Below are positions 17,937 to 32,539 of a stretch of DNA of 64,000 bases, piece by piece; the first letter of the stretch is position 1; every line of letters begins with the position of its first letter. The DNA comes from Octopus vulgaris (Eukaryota). The notes under the pieces were generated by a model. The model saw only the letters and a list, made by a program, of their open reading frames with translations, did no database searches and was not told the DNA's origin. The translations under genes were made by a program, and so were the position numbers. The stretch covers positions 29,078,001 through 29,142,000 of the forward strand of contig OX597833.1 of the NCBI GenBank assembly GCA_951406725.2, read 5' to 3'.

Positions 17937-19188
17937 TTTAACTTTCCATCCCAGCATTCAGCTGATGATAATTTTGTAACTGTTGTCACAAGAGTACAGT
18001 TTCATTCTATTAAAAAAATTCACTTGAAGTAATATTTAAAGAAATTGTATCTGGTCTCATAAAGAGCTTTACTTTGTATTTAACCATGGAGCTAAATATT
18101 AGATAGGATATCAAACCTATCTATACTGAAATAGGTTTGATGGTATTTAAATGATTTGAGTATTTAACTTATAGAGTAAAATAGTTCCAAAGTCACTTTT
18201 TTTTTCTTGATGGTGGTGGTGGTGGTTCTAAAATCCCACCCCTCTGTCATTATTGATAATTAAATGGTATTACTTTTATATCTATTACAAATATGCAAAT
18301 GAGAAATTTGTCTTACTTAATTTTAACTTAAATAAATATTTCAATTTTGAAAATTTTCATTTCATTATTAGAAAAAAATACAATGATAATTACTGTAACT
18401 CTGTAACATGGCATAATATTACCTATAAGTGGCAAATATATATTCCCAACGTTAAAATACTGTCATATGACAAGTGTGTGCATGTGTATGTGTATAAAGT
18501 CAGTTAATAAAGCTATTTATATCCTCCAAATGATTCATTATTTGTGTAGTTATTTATCTATGTCCCAGCTTTACATTTACCCTTTATTTCTAATATTTTG
18601 ATTTGTGTTGCATAAACTACATCTATGAGGACTAAACAATACATGTTAAATTTTTTAAACCAAGTATAGAGGCACAGGTGTGGAGATGTGATAAGAAGCT
18701 TGCTTCCCAGCCACATGGTTCCAGGCTCAGTCTCACTGCATGGCACCTTGGGCAAGTGTCTTCTATTGTAGTCTCAGGCCAACCAAAAACCTGTAGGTGG
18801 ATTTGGCAGACAGAAACTGTGAGAAGCCCATTGTGTGTGTGTGTGTATTTGTCCCCCACCATTGCTTGACAACTGATGTTGCTGTGTTTATTTTCATGAT
18901 AAATAAAGTATCAAGTGGTTTTGATATTTCTATATCATAATGGATATGTAGGAAATGATAATAAAAGATCATGAAGGAGTATCAAATATATCATGTCATT
19001 GTTGATTAACCCCAGGTCAGCTCTGATTAAACAGACCTATAATCAAAAGCATTCCTTCTATGACTATCCTATCTTTTGTTCAGAGACAAAGTGTATCTAG
19101 GATCACATGATATGATTTGTCCTTCCTTTTTACATATATGTATATATATGTATATCTATCTATATATATATATATATATACATACATA

Positions 19189-20035
19189 CAGGGTGCTGTG
19201 AATATATTGTCGTCTAAATTACGCAAATATAAAAATAACACTGACATCTCATTTTAAAATATATTTACCAAAATTACATAAAAGTATCTTGAAATACTAA
19301 AGAGTAAATTAATTTAATAAAATCGTCATTGGCTTCAGCCATGGCCTCCAGACAACTTCGGAATCTCCTGCAACTCTTCTGGGCTGTCTCCTTATTTAAG
19401 TTTGTGAATGCTGCCATAATCCTTGCCTTCAGTTTTGTTGGTTTCTCGCTCAACTGTACCCCACACATAATAACCAAGGAGGTTGCAGTCTGGGGAGTTA
19501 AGAGGCCAGATGTTAGGGGTGATGTGGTCACAGAAATTGTCTAACAGCTATGAGTGGGTTCTCCTGCTTGTGTGGCAGGGTGCAGAGTTTTGTTGCCAGA
19601 CATAGGGTCTTCCAGCAGCCACCCTCTTGACTCAGGGCAGCACTACTCCTCAAGGCACTTGATGTAGGCCTGTGTTGAGTGTGAAGCTGTCTGGGAAGAT
19701 GAATGGAGGCATAACGTTGCCATCACTAGTGGACAATCCAAACATCATGCTGTTGACTGGATGTTTGATTTTTATCACTCTCAGTACATGCACTGTTCTC
19801 AGATTGACACCCAAACACTCTGAAATGTTCATATTGGAGCTTCCGGCACAAATGCCAAGCAGTACAGCATGTCATTTCCAAATTTCTGGCAGAGCGAATT
19901 GCATCATGGTGCTGTTTTTCTTACAGACGGTACCCAACTGACCCAGTACACTGTGTAGTCAACAAAATCAAAAAAACAATGCACATGCATGAAATTAAAA
20001 ATATAATATGGCAATAACTTATCCATCACATCCTG
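19189..20035 (-). mobile_element. internally deleted Tc1/mariner-superfamily element (maT/DD37D-like)
   Basis: TA|cagggtgctgtg ... catcacatcctg|TA ends. Minus-strand KHPVNSMMFG...DGNVMPPFIF and WPLNSPDCNLLGYYVWG. Confidence 0.78.
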
Positions 20036-20754
20036 TATATATCAGACAGTGAAGTGTGAGTGATATGAGAGAAATTTAGCTGCTATTTCTTGTAGGTGCA
20101 TAGAGACTTTGTCATTGATTTGATTGTATGCCATCAGTATTTATATATCAAAAAATGCTAGCACATGAGTTATTGTACTCCTGAACAAAGTACATAACCC
20201 TACTTGCTTGTGTTTACTTAATTGACTCCCTTCTTCACAATTGAGTGATTAACAGTAGGAAGGACTTTTAATTGCAAAAGTATAACCCTACAATAAAAAA
20301 AAATCATCCTTTTATCTTTGTAATTCTAGTATACAGCACTTGGGGTACTATGTGCAACATTAAAAACATATTTTATTGATTACATTGGCCAAATATAATA
20401 TTCCTATACCCTGACTATATACTTTCATAACTAAATAGGTTCATGCATGCACAAGTGTTTGTGTGTGTGTGTGTGTGCGCACACACGCGTGCGTGTCAAA
20501 TTCTCTCACATGGTATTGGTTCCCTCTCAGAACTATAGTAGAAGGTGCAAGGTACCACACACACACCAAGTGAGAGGCAGTTTATTGTTTTGCTTAAATA
20601 TTCTTTATTAGATGGATTTTCATAAGTGTTTTTGTGTATACTTAATGTATTTTATTGGTTTTTTCCTTACATGTTTTGTTAAGTATGGCATTGTGTAAAG
20701 CAATAATATCTGATGTGGTGGTTGTTGTGGTAATGTAATACAAACAGTCTTTAA

Positions 20755-21024
<270 letters not shown>

Positions 21025-21749
21025 TAACCATTAAAATATCAAGTCACCATCATCATCATTTAGCATCTATTTTTCATGTTGGCATGGGTTAGAAAGTTTG
21101 ACTCAAACTGGTAAGCCACAGAGCTGTACCAGGCTCCAGTCTGATTTGGCTTGGTTTCTACAGCTGGATGCCCTTCCTATTACCAACCACTCCAAGAGTG
21201 TAGTGGGTGCCTTTTACATATCAACGGCACAGGTGCCTTTACATGTCATCAGCACTGGCCACAACTGATTTCACTTGGCTTGACTTGTCTTTTCAAGCAC
21301 AGCAAATTGCCAAAGGTTTTGATCACTTGTAATCACCTCCATGCAACCCAACATTTGAAGATCATGCTTCATCACCTCATCCCATGTCTTCCTGGGTTCA
21401 TCTCTTCCACAGTTTCACTCCACATATAGATAGAAAAGGCACCTTCCCATTCTCTTCTTGCAGAAAGGAATGAACTTGTACCTGTGTTTTGTATGTGTAC
21501 AGTGTGTATGATTAACATGTGATGATAGTTTTGTATAGATGGCAAGTTAGTAGGTTCATCATTGTATAGAGTAGAATAGAGTGCTTTGCAGTATTTGTTC
21601 TGACTCCTACCAAGGCTACCTTTGCCTTTCATCCTTGCAGTATCAATAAATAAAGCACAAATCAAGTTCTGAAGTCAATTCTTTTCTCACTTTCTCTGTC
21701 TGTTTGTCTGTCTCTCTCGTGCTGTGAGAAGAGCCATGGGATACCACTC

Positions 21750-24250
21750 ACAGTTTCCCTCTTCACATAGAAAAATTACAATGCTATTGTAGTGATTTCC
21801 ACTCGGAGATAAATCTGCTCCTCTGAGATAAATTTTATGATTTTGTTTTAATATTTTTTTTAAATGAGTCAATACTTCTGAATGAACTTAACAGCTTTAC
21901 TAGTGTCAGAATGGTAAATGTGGCAGGGGGTTTTGTTGAAACCATCATATTTTTTGAATTAGGTTAGTAAATAGTGTGATGGTTGTAGACAGTGGTGTGA
22001 ACCTGTGCTGTGCTTTGGAAATGGGTGTGTGGTTTATCATGTCAAGGATTAACTTTCCTGGAATTTTTGATAATGTGGATAGGGTGGGGGCCAATGAGTC
22101 TGTAAAATATTGCTTCATATGAATTTATATTGGGCTTCAGTGATGTTATTATTTTGTCCAACTTCCAGAGTCAAGAAATTTGACTGTGTTGTAGATTTTA
22201 GTGAGTGCAGTGATTCCTCTGGTCCATAGATGTTCATAATCTTCATCAACATCCTTTAATGTCAATTTTTGATGTTGGCATAGGTTGGATGGCTTGACCA
22301 GAGCTGGCAAGCTGAAAAGTTGCACCAGGTTCCAGTTTGATTTGACTTGATTTCTATGATTGAATATCCTTCGTAATGCCAATCGCTTTACAGTGTGTGC
22401 TGGGTGCTTTTAAACCTGGCACTGGTGCAAGCACTTTTTTGTGGCACCTGCATGAGTGCTTTTTACGTGACACCAGCACTCTAGCAGGCCAACCCTCTTT
22501 ACCAGGGAGTGTAGCCTTAACACTTATGCTGTGGAGGACGGGTCTTCTTGGGTACAGCAAGGCACCAAGTTTCGTTTGGCTCTGAGATGTTTGAATTTTT
22601 AGATATTCTTGTTGCTTTTTGAGTGTCTGTTGGAAGGAAGGAGTCGAACTCCTAATCTAGCTGTGAAGTGCATATTTAATGTATTTGGTTCCTATCTTCT
22701 TTGTGTAGTTTTTATCTGACTGACTTTCAAGAAATGTCTAAGCATGTTTGTTTACTGATGCAGAGTAAGTATATTGAGATTGTTTCTCTGACATGAGGTG
22801 CAGTGTGACTGTTGATGATAATGTAGCTAATTACACACTATAGTGTTTTACTATTAGTTTTGTGGTCTAGATTGGTTTAGGTAGGATACAAACGTTTTTC
22901 TATTTACAATTTTCCGTTTAGTTGTTTGATGCTAATTATTGTGTTAATTGTATGAGGTATTGTATTTGAAATTGTCTCAGGTTTTTATGATTATGGTTAT
23001 TTCTGGTGTGTAATTGAGAAAATATATTTGATGTTGTTTTGTGAGATATCTCTTTCCAGATGCATCTATAATTATTTTGTTGAATGTATGTACTGCATTG
23101 TCTATGTTGCTGACTGGAGTTGTCTTAATTCTATATATATTAAAAAAGGAAGAAAGAAAACTTTGAATCTGTTTCTTGATGAAATAAGTTCCGAGTTTGT
23201 GAAAGCATTTTTGCTTTTTTCATTAATGTGTTGTAATAATAATTGATTGGTAGTCCAAAAAATGTTGGGGAAATATTTGTAATAACTAAGGTATGTGGAG
23301 AAGATTTTGATGTCTGGGAGTTCTGTTGTGGTATTATGTTATCTCTTGTTTACAATTTGAAAACCATAAGTTGTTGAATGTATTGCAATTTTAACTCAAT
23401 GGTGTTGTTTATTAGTGTTAAAAAGTTGGAATAGATTAGGTGATGGGGCTGTTGGTGAGGTCATTACTAGTATATATGTATGTTTATTATATCAATGCAA
23501 GGCGGCGAGCTGGCAGAAACGTTAGCATGCCGGGTGAAATGCGTAGCCGTATTTAGTCTGCCGTTGCGTTCTGGGTTCAAATTCCGCCGAGGTCGATTTT
23601 GCCTTTCATCCTTTCGGGGTCGATAAATTAAGTACCAGTTACGCACTGGGGTCGATGTAATCGACTTAATCCGTTTGTCTGTCCTTGTTTGTCCCCTCTG
23701 TGTTTAGCCCCTTGTGGGTAGTAAAGAAATATATTATATCAATGCATTTTGTGTTGTTAGGTTTTACTTGAAAGCCTGTCTTTCATATTAGTTTATGAGT
23801 GTTATCTATACTCTGGAAACAAATTCTATATATGTTATAAGGCCACTTCCATAGTCAGAGGTCTTGGCTAGTCTGATTTAAGTATAATTTGAAATTCTGA
23901 TTGTCCTCTGTACTGGTGTTAAGAATGTTTCCTAACTTATTGCGCTATGAATATCATGAGTACTAATAAAATTCTATCATTCCCTAAGTCTGTTCTTATG
24001 CCAAGAATGTTGCATTACTGCATTTTTACATCTTTTAAAAAAATTTTTGTCTTGTTTTTATGTGTGAAGCATTTATTTTTAAATGTATTTTGTGTGGACA
24101 TTTGATGTTAGGAAGGGAGACAATAAAGCTACTCCCTTTTTAACCATTGCTGTTACTGTCAGCATTATTGCAAATCATCAAGTAAAGTGTGTATTTTTCT
24201 GATTTGTTTGTAAATGTTGTTATTGTTTGGTAGAATTTGTGTATGTTGTA
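21750..24250 (-). mobile_element. possible ancient Penelope-like retroelement relic, interrupted by a LINE tail (22240-22585) and a SINE (23500-23731)
   Basis: Strong T/G strand skew. Only faint minus-strand similarity to PLE RT thumb and GIY-YIG C-terminal patterns; no intact motif. Confidence 0.35.
23500..23731 (+). mobile_element. young SINE family B copy with 15-bp target-site duplication
   Basis: ggcggcgagctggcagaa...gggttcaaattcc (B box) with CpGs intact; TSD tattatatcaatgca at 23485-23499 and 23732-23746. Many older copies, e.g. ~5990-6180, 27420-27615, 28715-28915, 55300-55505 and 60180-61430. Confidence 0.92.
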
Positions 24251-24605
24251 GATTTTGTAAAATGGCCCTGCTTCATGTGTATTCACAGCCACTCCTGTTC
24301 CCTGAGAAATGTTTCTGTGCTATAGACACATTGTTTAACCAGCCTTCCTTTGTTCCTACCACATTAGTTTATCCTATATAGTTAGCCATTTTGAAGATGG
24401 TATAGTAGTTTTTGAGGATAATTTGGTTGTAATTTCTTGCTTGTTAACTGACCATGTAGAGGTTTCCCAATATGAGACTGCAGCACAGATTTTTCTTTCC
24501 ATTTATATTTATTGTATTGGTCTCAAGAAAGTGCTGTACTCATGGCCATTGCAGGTCCTCTAAGACCTGTAGGGTTGATGGGAGGGGGAAAACAACTGTT
24601 TTTGA

Positions 24606-24824
<219 letters not shown>

Positions 24825-24946
24825 TAACCTGTTGCTATATGATGGTGGTAGTACTTGCATGATATTGTAAGTTCAACCTTGATCAAGTCGACCTATAATC
24901 AAAGATTTTCTACCAATGACTGTTCTGCCTTCTGTGAAAATATGTA

Positions 24947-26153
24947 TTGGGTTGTCCAGAAAGTCCGTGCCAATTTATAGTAGCTTACCTTTCGACTTAT
25001 TTTAGAACATGGTTGAGTCCATAAAATAGGATTTGACTACACCGCCATTTAGAGCACAGTTTAAGCTGTCTTTTCATGGAAGTTCATTTTCGGCACTTAA
25101 TGTTTTTATTTTTCTGTAAAGGGAAAAATGCCTCACAAGCAACCAAAGAAATATGCGCAGTTTATGGTGATATTTCTTTATCCGAAAGAACTGTACGGAA
25201 GTGGTTCGCAAGGTTCCGAGCTGGAGATTGTAATCTTATTGATAAAGAGCGATCGGGCAGACCATCTACTACAGATGATGACCAAATCAAGTCATTAATT
25301 GAGAATAACCCACATTGCACAACCTGAGAATTAGCAGAATGCTTCAACCTGTCAAAATTCGTCATTCATGAGCACCTGGTAAAGCTTGGGTACACAAATC
25401 GCTACAATGTTTGGGTACCACACGAGTTGAGTGAGAAGAACCTTTTGGATCACATTTCCATCTGTGATTCGCTTTATAAACGGAATGAAAACGCACCTTT
25501 TTTAAAGCAAATTGTGACAGGTGATGAGAAATGGATTATCTATCAAAATGTTCAGAGAAAGCAGTCCTGGAGTAAGCGACATGAGCCACCCTTAGCCACC
25601 CCAAAAGCGGGTCTTCATCCTTAAAAAGTCTTGCTTTGTGTCTGGTGGGATTGGAAAGGAATTCTGTACAAGTAACCAGACAATTAATTCTGAGAAATAC
25701 TGCACACAACTGGGCAAGTTAAAAGCAGCAATTCAAGGGAAATGTCCAGAATTGGCCTACAGGAATGGTGTTGTTTTCCAACATGATAATGCAAGACCGT
25801 ACGTTTCTTTGGGAACCAGACAAAAATTGCTGCAGCTCAGCTGGGATGTGTTACCCCACCCTCCATATTCACGAGATATTGCTCCTTCGGATTTCCACTT
25901 ATTCAGGTCTCTGCAGAATAGTCTTAATGGTAAAAATTTCAATTCCTTGGATGACGTAAAAAGATACCTTGATGAATTCTTTGCCATGAAACCACCTAAA
26001 TTCTGGGAAGAGGGTAATTTCAAGTTAAAGGAAAGATGGAGATGCATTGTGCAACAAAATGGTTCATATTTGGTTGATTAAAAATGTAATGGCAAGTATT
26101 TATTGACCTTTTTCTTTCTTTAAAAATTGGCATGAACTTTCCGGACAACCCAA
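24947..26153 (+). mobile_element. near full-length mariner (DD34D) transposon, transposase pseudogene
   Basis: TA|ttgggttgtccagaaagtccgtgccaattt ... aaattggcatgaactttccggacaacccaa|TA. Motifs WVPHEL, IVTGDEKW, HDNARP, HPPYSRDIAPSDFHLF; stops at ~25325 and ~25622. Confidence 0.96.
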
Positions 26154-26387
26154 TATTTTAGATAGTAAGGTAGGATTTGAGGATGATATGTGACCTATGT
26201 GTGGTAGTGGTATAGGTCTGTAAGGTGGTGCTGGGAGGTGTAGGGAGTTTAGTGGTTATGCAGTTAAGAAATTTGCCTCACAACCTTTTCTATCATATCC
26301 TTGAGTTAACTAATACCTTCTAAGTAGAATTTAGTTGATAGAAATTGTACTGAAGCTTGTTGTGTATGTGTGTATGTTTGTTTAAAC

Positions 26388-26685
26388 TAAACTGGCACTC
26401 TGTTGGTTATGACAACAAGGAGTTCCAGTTGATCCAATTAACAGAATAGCCTGTTAGTGGAATTAATGTGCAAGTGGCTGAACATTTCACAGACAAAGTA
26501 TCCTTAACGTATTTCTCAGGGAGATTCAGCGTGTGACTAGGCTGGTCCTTTGAAATACAGCTACTACTCATTTTTGCTAGCAATGTGAAATAAAGTGTCT
26601 TGCTCAAGGATACAATGCTCCACCAGGAATTGAACTCACAACCTTACAATTATGAGCCAAATACCCTCACCACTAACACACATGC
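26388..26685 (-). mobile_element. tRNA-derived SINE, family C
   Basis: Reverse-complement tRNA-like head (gagttcaattcc B box near 26625-26637) followed by a ~230-bp body unlike families A and B. Confidence 0.6.
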
Positions 26686-27632
26686 CTTTACTTTGTGTGT
26701 GTGTGTGTGAGAAAACCAATAAATCATTACTTGGAAGCCAAATCAAATGAAAATCTTTTATTGTATTTGTTCTACCTGAGTTACTCTGACAATCCCTTGT
26801 TACTCTCGCCATCATAAATGTAGTGAATCTGTGACTGGGCCGTTCAAAACCTTTAATCAACAATGATATTGTTCACAAAATGCAACATAAAATAAAATAT
26901 GGTAATCAAAACTTTTGTTGTGTATTTAGACAAGCCTACCTAATACCACATTGACTCCATTTCTTGTATGGCTTTGTTTTTTTGGAATTTGAGGTGGACA
27001 GACAATCTGTTGAAATATTGTATAACTCATTCAATTCAATAAGCAGTCTATCTCTGTTAAAAATCACATCATATTGTTTATGTGAAGAGTTGTGTCAATT
27101 TTCATAACTTTTTTTCTTTTTTAAATCCTCTCCTTCAAACACTCATTTGTCAAAATTGATGGGAGTGACCATCAATAATAATAGTAATAATAATAATAAT
27201 ATTCTTACTACTATTGATGTCAAAGAGCAGTGGATTGACAAATTCATTCAAGTATCAAAAAAAAAATACCTTACAGTATTTGTTCCTGTTCTTTACATTT
27301 TAAGTTCAACTCCTGCTAATGTCAATTCTCACATTCATCCCTCTGGGTTCACTACAAAGTACCAGTCAAGTACTGATATTCATGAAACTCTGGTTTCAAA
27401 ATTGCTAGCTTAAGGTGAATCATTAGAGGATCAGATAGCAATGTTTTGCAGTATTTGTTCTAGCTCTTTATATTCAAATACTACTGAGGTCAACTTTGCC
27501 TTTCACCCTTCCTCAGGTCGATAGAATAAAGTTCCAGTCAAACACTGGGGTTGATAGTATCAACTAACCCCACCTCTGTTCAAAATTTTTAGCCTCATGC
27601 CTAAATTAGGAACCATTATTATTATTATTATT

Positions 27633-28680
27633 ATTACCTCTGCCTTAGCAAAGGCAGATGTATTGTTTTCAGTTGTGTTTGTTTCTCCGTGGACAAGATG
27701 TCTGAAGAACTGCAGGATGGATTTAGATGAAACTCTCAGGGATGTTTGGCCTCATGGCTGGCACAAACTGATTAGATTTTGGGATTGATCTCGTACTGGA
27801 CAAGGATTCTGGATTATTTGTTGTATTTACTTTACTTCACATGAAGTATTATGATCTTATGTTGACTTTCAAGTCGTTCTCTGATTATCTCCCTTGAAAG
27901 CATGCTCATGGTTTCCACGTAAGTTATGGCAGTGTTGCTGTTTCCAAAGTTTTATTTTCATTTCTCTATTATTAATTTTACTCGCATCTCTCTCTTAGTA
28001 GAAACTGATGGATAAAGGAATCAGACTACATAAACAAACATCAGCATAACCTTTCAGAAATTAAATAACACTAACATAGTAACAATAATGAATTTAATTT
28101 ATTCTCGACAATTTTTAGTTTTACCAATTTTAAATATATCACTCCTGTTTAAAACCTCTTACCTACTTGACATTTGCATTTCTAGCTCTGCCTTGAAGGA
28201 AGCTTTACTTCTTGGACTCACATTTTTGCATGCAACGATGCTGTTAAACCACCATTAACAGCACCGTATGCAGGTCCTTTCTGTTTTCTTCCACACACAT
28301 AAATTTTTCACTTTAGAACTTAATGTTTGTAAAGACACTATATCAGTGGATAGACTAAAAAAGGCCTTCATAGAGAAAACTGTCCCTGTTCCCACTGCAG
28401 ACAACACACATACAGCATTACAAACACAGCCTGCACACCCATCTTCACATTCCATGGCTACCATTGGGATCGATCAGGTACTGGACAAGGATTCTGGATT
28501 ATTTTTCCATTTTTTTAATTTAATTTTTGAGAGTGTATGGGTTCACTTTTAGTATTCTTGTTTGTGAGAGCAGTCGAGTTTATTTCAGATATTCTCATTT
28601 TAAAAATCATCTCCAGCTAACCGTTGAGAAGACATTGGTGTTGCCTTGGTGGAGGTTTGCGCTCTCTGAGTGCTCTTGTT
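27633..28680 (+). mobile_element. non-autonomous Helentron/DINE-like element (HINE)
   Basis: 5' subTIR and IR acctctgcctt-agca-aaggcagatgt; 3' subTIR ccttggtggaggt then hairpin gcgctc-tct-gagtgc; repeated core block at 27779-27819 and 28464-28504; inserted in a (TTA)n run. Confidence 0.7.
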
Positions 28681-28929
28681 ATTATTATTATTATTATATA
28701 TAATACCAAAGTAGTGAGCTAATAGAATTGTTAGTACACCATATGAAATACTATCAGCATGTCTTTTACATTTTGAGTTCAAATTCTGCTGAAGATGACT
28801 TTGCCTTAAATCCTTTCAGGGTTGATAAATTAAGTACCAATAAAACACTGGGGTTGATGCAATCAACTAGTCCCCTCCCCAAAAATTTCAGGCTTTGTGC
28901 TTATAGTAGAAAGGAATATTATTGTTATT

Positions 28930-30954
28930 CTAGACGTCTCACAATATACAATATCGTGAGGTTGTTGATTGAAGATATTGTATCTACTGGGGGTTTGTAC
29001 TGTTTGTCAAGTCACAACAAGGACCTAAGACAGACAGTACTTTACGCAATATGCGTGCAGTTCCAAGTAATGCCAACTTTTGCAATACATCTAGATTGTA
29101 AGTATCTCTAAGGTTTTCAGATGTTTTTTTTTTCAAATTAGGTGGTATTGAACCCAATGCACCGATGACAATAGTGATAACTTTTATGTTCGACTCTCAT
29201 AGCTGCCACATCTTAGCGATCTCAATTCTCAGGTCTCCATATTTATCTTTTTCTCTTTCTTTCATGATAATATGTTGATCTCCCGGTACTGTTACGTCGA
29301 TTATTAGGTACTCTTGTTTGTCCCTCTTAAAGGTTACTATATCCGACCTCCGGTGCTCTAACACTTTGTCTGTCTGGAAATCAGAAAATTTTTACCTTTC
29401 TTTTTTCTTTCATTACCTTTTCCGGTGTATGTTGGTACCAAGCACCCGTAACCTCATATCCATACTTATAGCATAGTAACCAGTGGAGGTTTTGGGCTAC
29501 TTTGTCATGTCTGTGCTTGTACTCTTTTTATGCACGACTTTCACAAGCACTAACAATGTGAGTCACACTTTCGACCCTCTTCCCACACATTCTGCAGAGG
29601 TCCTGTGCACTTGTGTGGTATATATTTTTTCTCACTGAGTTGGTATTCAATGCCTGGTGCTGGGCTGTGATGATTAGGTTTTCAGTATTCTTTTTTAGGT
29701 CACCATTCTGGAGCCACCTCCATGATGCTCCCTGGTCTTTTAATTTTCTGGTTTCATGGTAGAACTAACCATGTAATTCCATACGGAGTAAGGTTTCTTC
29801 TTTCTCATTGGCTGTTCTTGTTCGGAATTCATGAGCACTCTCAAGTCCATTTTTGTTAACTCCTTCTGCACCAGCAGCATACTGTAGCAGGTCTTTGCTG
29901 TTTACCAAATATTCTGCCATGTTTCTTCTTTCACTGTTAATGCACTCCCGAATGCTAATCAGCCTACATCCACCATCATCTCTCTTCATGTAGAGCCTGT
30001 GTACATTTGCCTTAGAGTGGAGGGCATCATGCATTGTCATTGTCTTTTGGGTAGTGCAATCGAGTTGGTCAATCTCCACTTGTGTCCATCTCAGGATGGG
30101 TGCACTATAGCAGACTACAGCAACAGCCCATATGTTAATGGTAGTCACAAGGTTCCTTGAGTTGAGTTTGATTTCAAGAGAAGTTTGAGGCGCTTGAAAC
30201 ATGCAGTGATGACCTTGTCATTCATTCCTTTATGCAAAATATTGTCCAGCTCCTGGATCCCAAGGTACTTGTACACATCATCATCATCTGGGTCTTCCAT
30301 TCTCTCTCTGTTTGGCAATTCTGTGCCCCTACAATTTACTCTTTTCCCCCGCTTCAAAGTAAGCACTGCACACTTTGAGATACCGAATTCCATCCCTATA
30401 TCTTTGCTGCACATTTTCACAGTCTCAACCAGCCTCTCCATTTCAGGCTCTGTTTTTACGAACAGTTTTAAATCATCCATGAAGAGAAGGTAGTTGAGAC
30501 AAGGTCTGTTCTTTCTCAGCTCATTGTGCACGTTGGTTTTACATAGGCCTACAGAAAGTGAGGTCAAGGCTATAACGAATAACAGAGAAGAACAAGATTC
30601 TCCTTGGAAGATACCTCTTTTGTTGGTTACCTTGCCTAAGTGCTGGTTGTTACAGGAAAGACACATTTTCCAACTAGGCATGCTGTTCTTAATCAATGCA
30701 CACATGTTCTCAGCTATTCCACACATGTCGAGTGTTTCCAAAATCCATGAATGTGGCAACATATCGTAAGCCTTTTTGAAGTCTATCCATGCCATACATG
30801 TTTTTTTGGTACCGTTTACAGTTCTTCATTATAACCTCGTCTATCACAAGGTAGTCCTTGGTGCCCTTGGATCCTTTTCAGCATCCCTTTTGTTCTACTG
30901 GCAGAAGATTGTTTTCTGCAAGGAACATATATATTTTCCCTATGAGGGTACCTG
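28930..30954 (-). mobile_element. 5'-truncated R4/Dong-like non-LTR retrotransposon (RT, CCHC, restriction-like endonuclease)
   Basis: AWIDFKKAYD, RGIFQG, FMDDLKL, YKYLG, CRMC..ESVTHIVSAC, RHDKV, IIDVTVPGD, IVIGALG on the minus strand, with frameshifts. Confidence 0.88.
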
Positions 30955-31112
30955 TTATTATTATTAAGATGGTGAGCTGGCAGAATTGTTAACATGCCAG
31001 ACAAAACGCTTAGATTGTTATTGTTGTATAATAAATATATATGGTATACGAATATTGAAGTGTAAAACCCTAAATTTTATTGGGTAGAAAGGTGAAGATG
31101 ACTATTTGTTGA

Positions 31113-31496
<384 letters not shown>

Positions 31497-32539
31497 TGAG
31501 CAACAGGCTTCTAGAACAATATAGCTTGTCACCTTAGTTTTCCATTTCTCCTTAGTTATTGTTAAATCACACTACCTGGGTAACAAGGGTAGCAATTGTT
31601 TCGATGCCTTGTGTTTTGGTTGAATGACTTTGTCCTAAATATGGGTGCCATTTCACACCAACTGGAACTTGATATTAGCAATGGTCCTTTCATTTTTCTG
31701 TTTATGCTTTATGTATATACAGATGTGTGTGTGTGTGTGTGTGTGTACAGGGGTGACAAAGGAATAACAGACTATCTTATGAAGTTCATTAGCTTACAGC
31801 TGTCTCCACTATAAGATGCAGTGGGCTCATAGTTGAGTGCCTGAGTAACACCTTACAGTTTCATCAGAGCCTCAAACATGAAGCGTTTAGGACATGTATA
31901 TTAAGTTCTACACCAGGCTATTAGTATTACGGTGCCTAAGTGAAATATTAAAACACACACACACAAACACATTTATATATATAAGTACAAGGTGAGTAAA
32001 AGGGAATGGGGACAGAAGAACCAGGTAGAGGCTACAAAAGTGCATGCAAAAGTGAGTGAGGAGCTGAATATAATGAATGAAAAAGAAGTGTTGAGGGATA
32101 ATAAATGAGAGAGGTAGGGAAAAGTAGCTGATAACTGTGGAGAGTGGATAGAGTTGAGGGGTAAATATAGTGAATGGTGGATAAGGGAAGGGTGTGACTA
32201 GTGATGATGAGGTGAAGTGTAGCAGAATAGTAATGGTGATAAAAATGTGAGAGGAAAAGAGTTAACAAGTGGTTGAGTAGGTTACAAGAGTGTGGTGGGA
32301 GGGAGAGGCATGCATAGTACATAAAGAAAGTAAGAGATGTATGGTGATGGAGGAGGTGAGTTGATTCAGGGGTTAGAGGAGAGAAGCAGTGTAAAATGTG
32401 GGTGGAGAGGACAGTTTAAGGATGTGGACTCGATATCAAGTGAAATGGTTCCATGTAGTGAGGAATAGTGGTATCAAAGAAAAACTGTAGTTAAGGAAAT
32501 GAAGGGTAGCTGCTCCTTTACTACATATCAAGCAAGGCC

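Noticed and set aside
31990-32500. Purine-rich block with a 96-aa minus-strand ORF
   Set aside because: Low-complexity GA-rich sequence next to a LINE relic, with no recognisable domain or splice structure.
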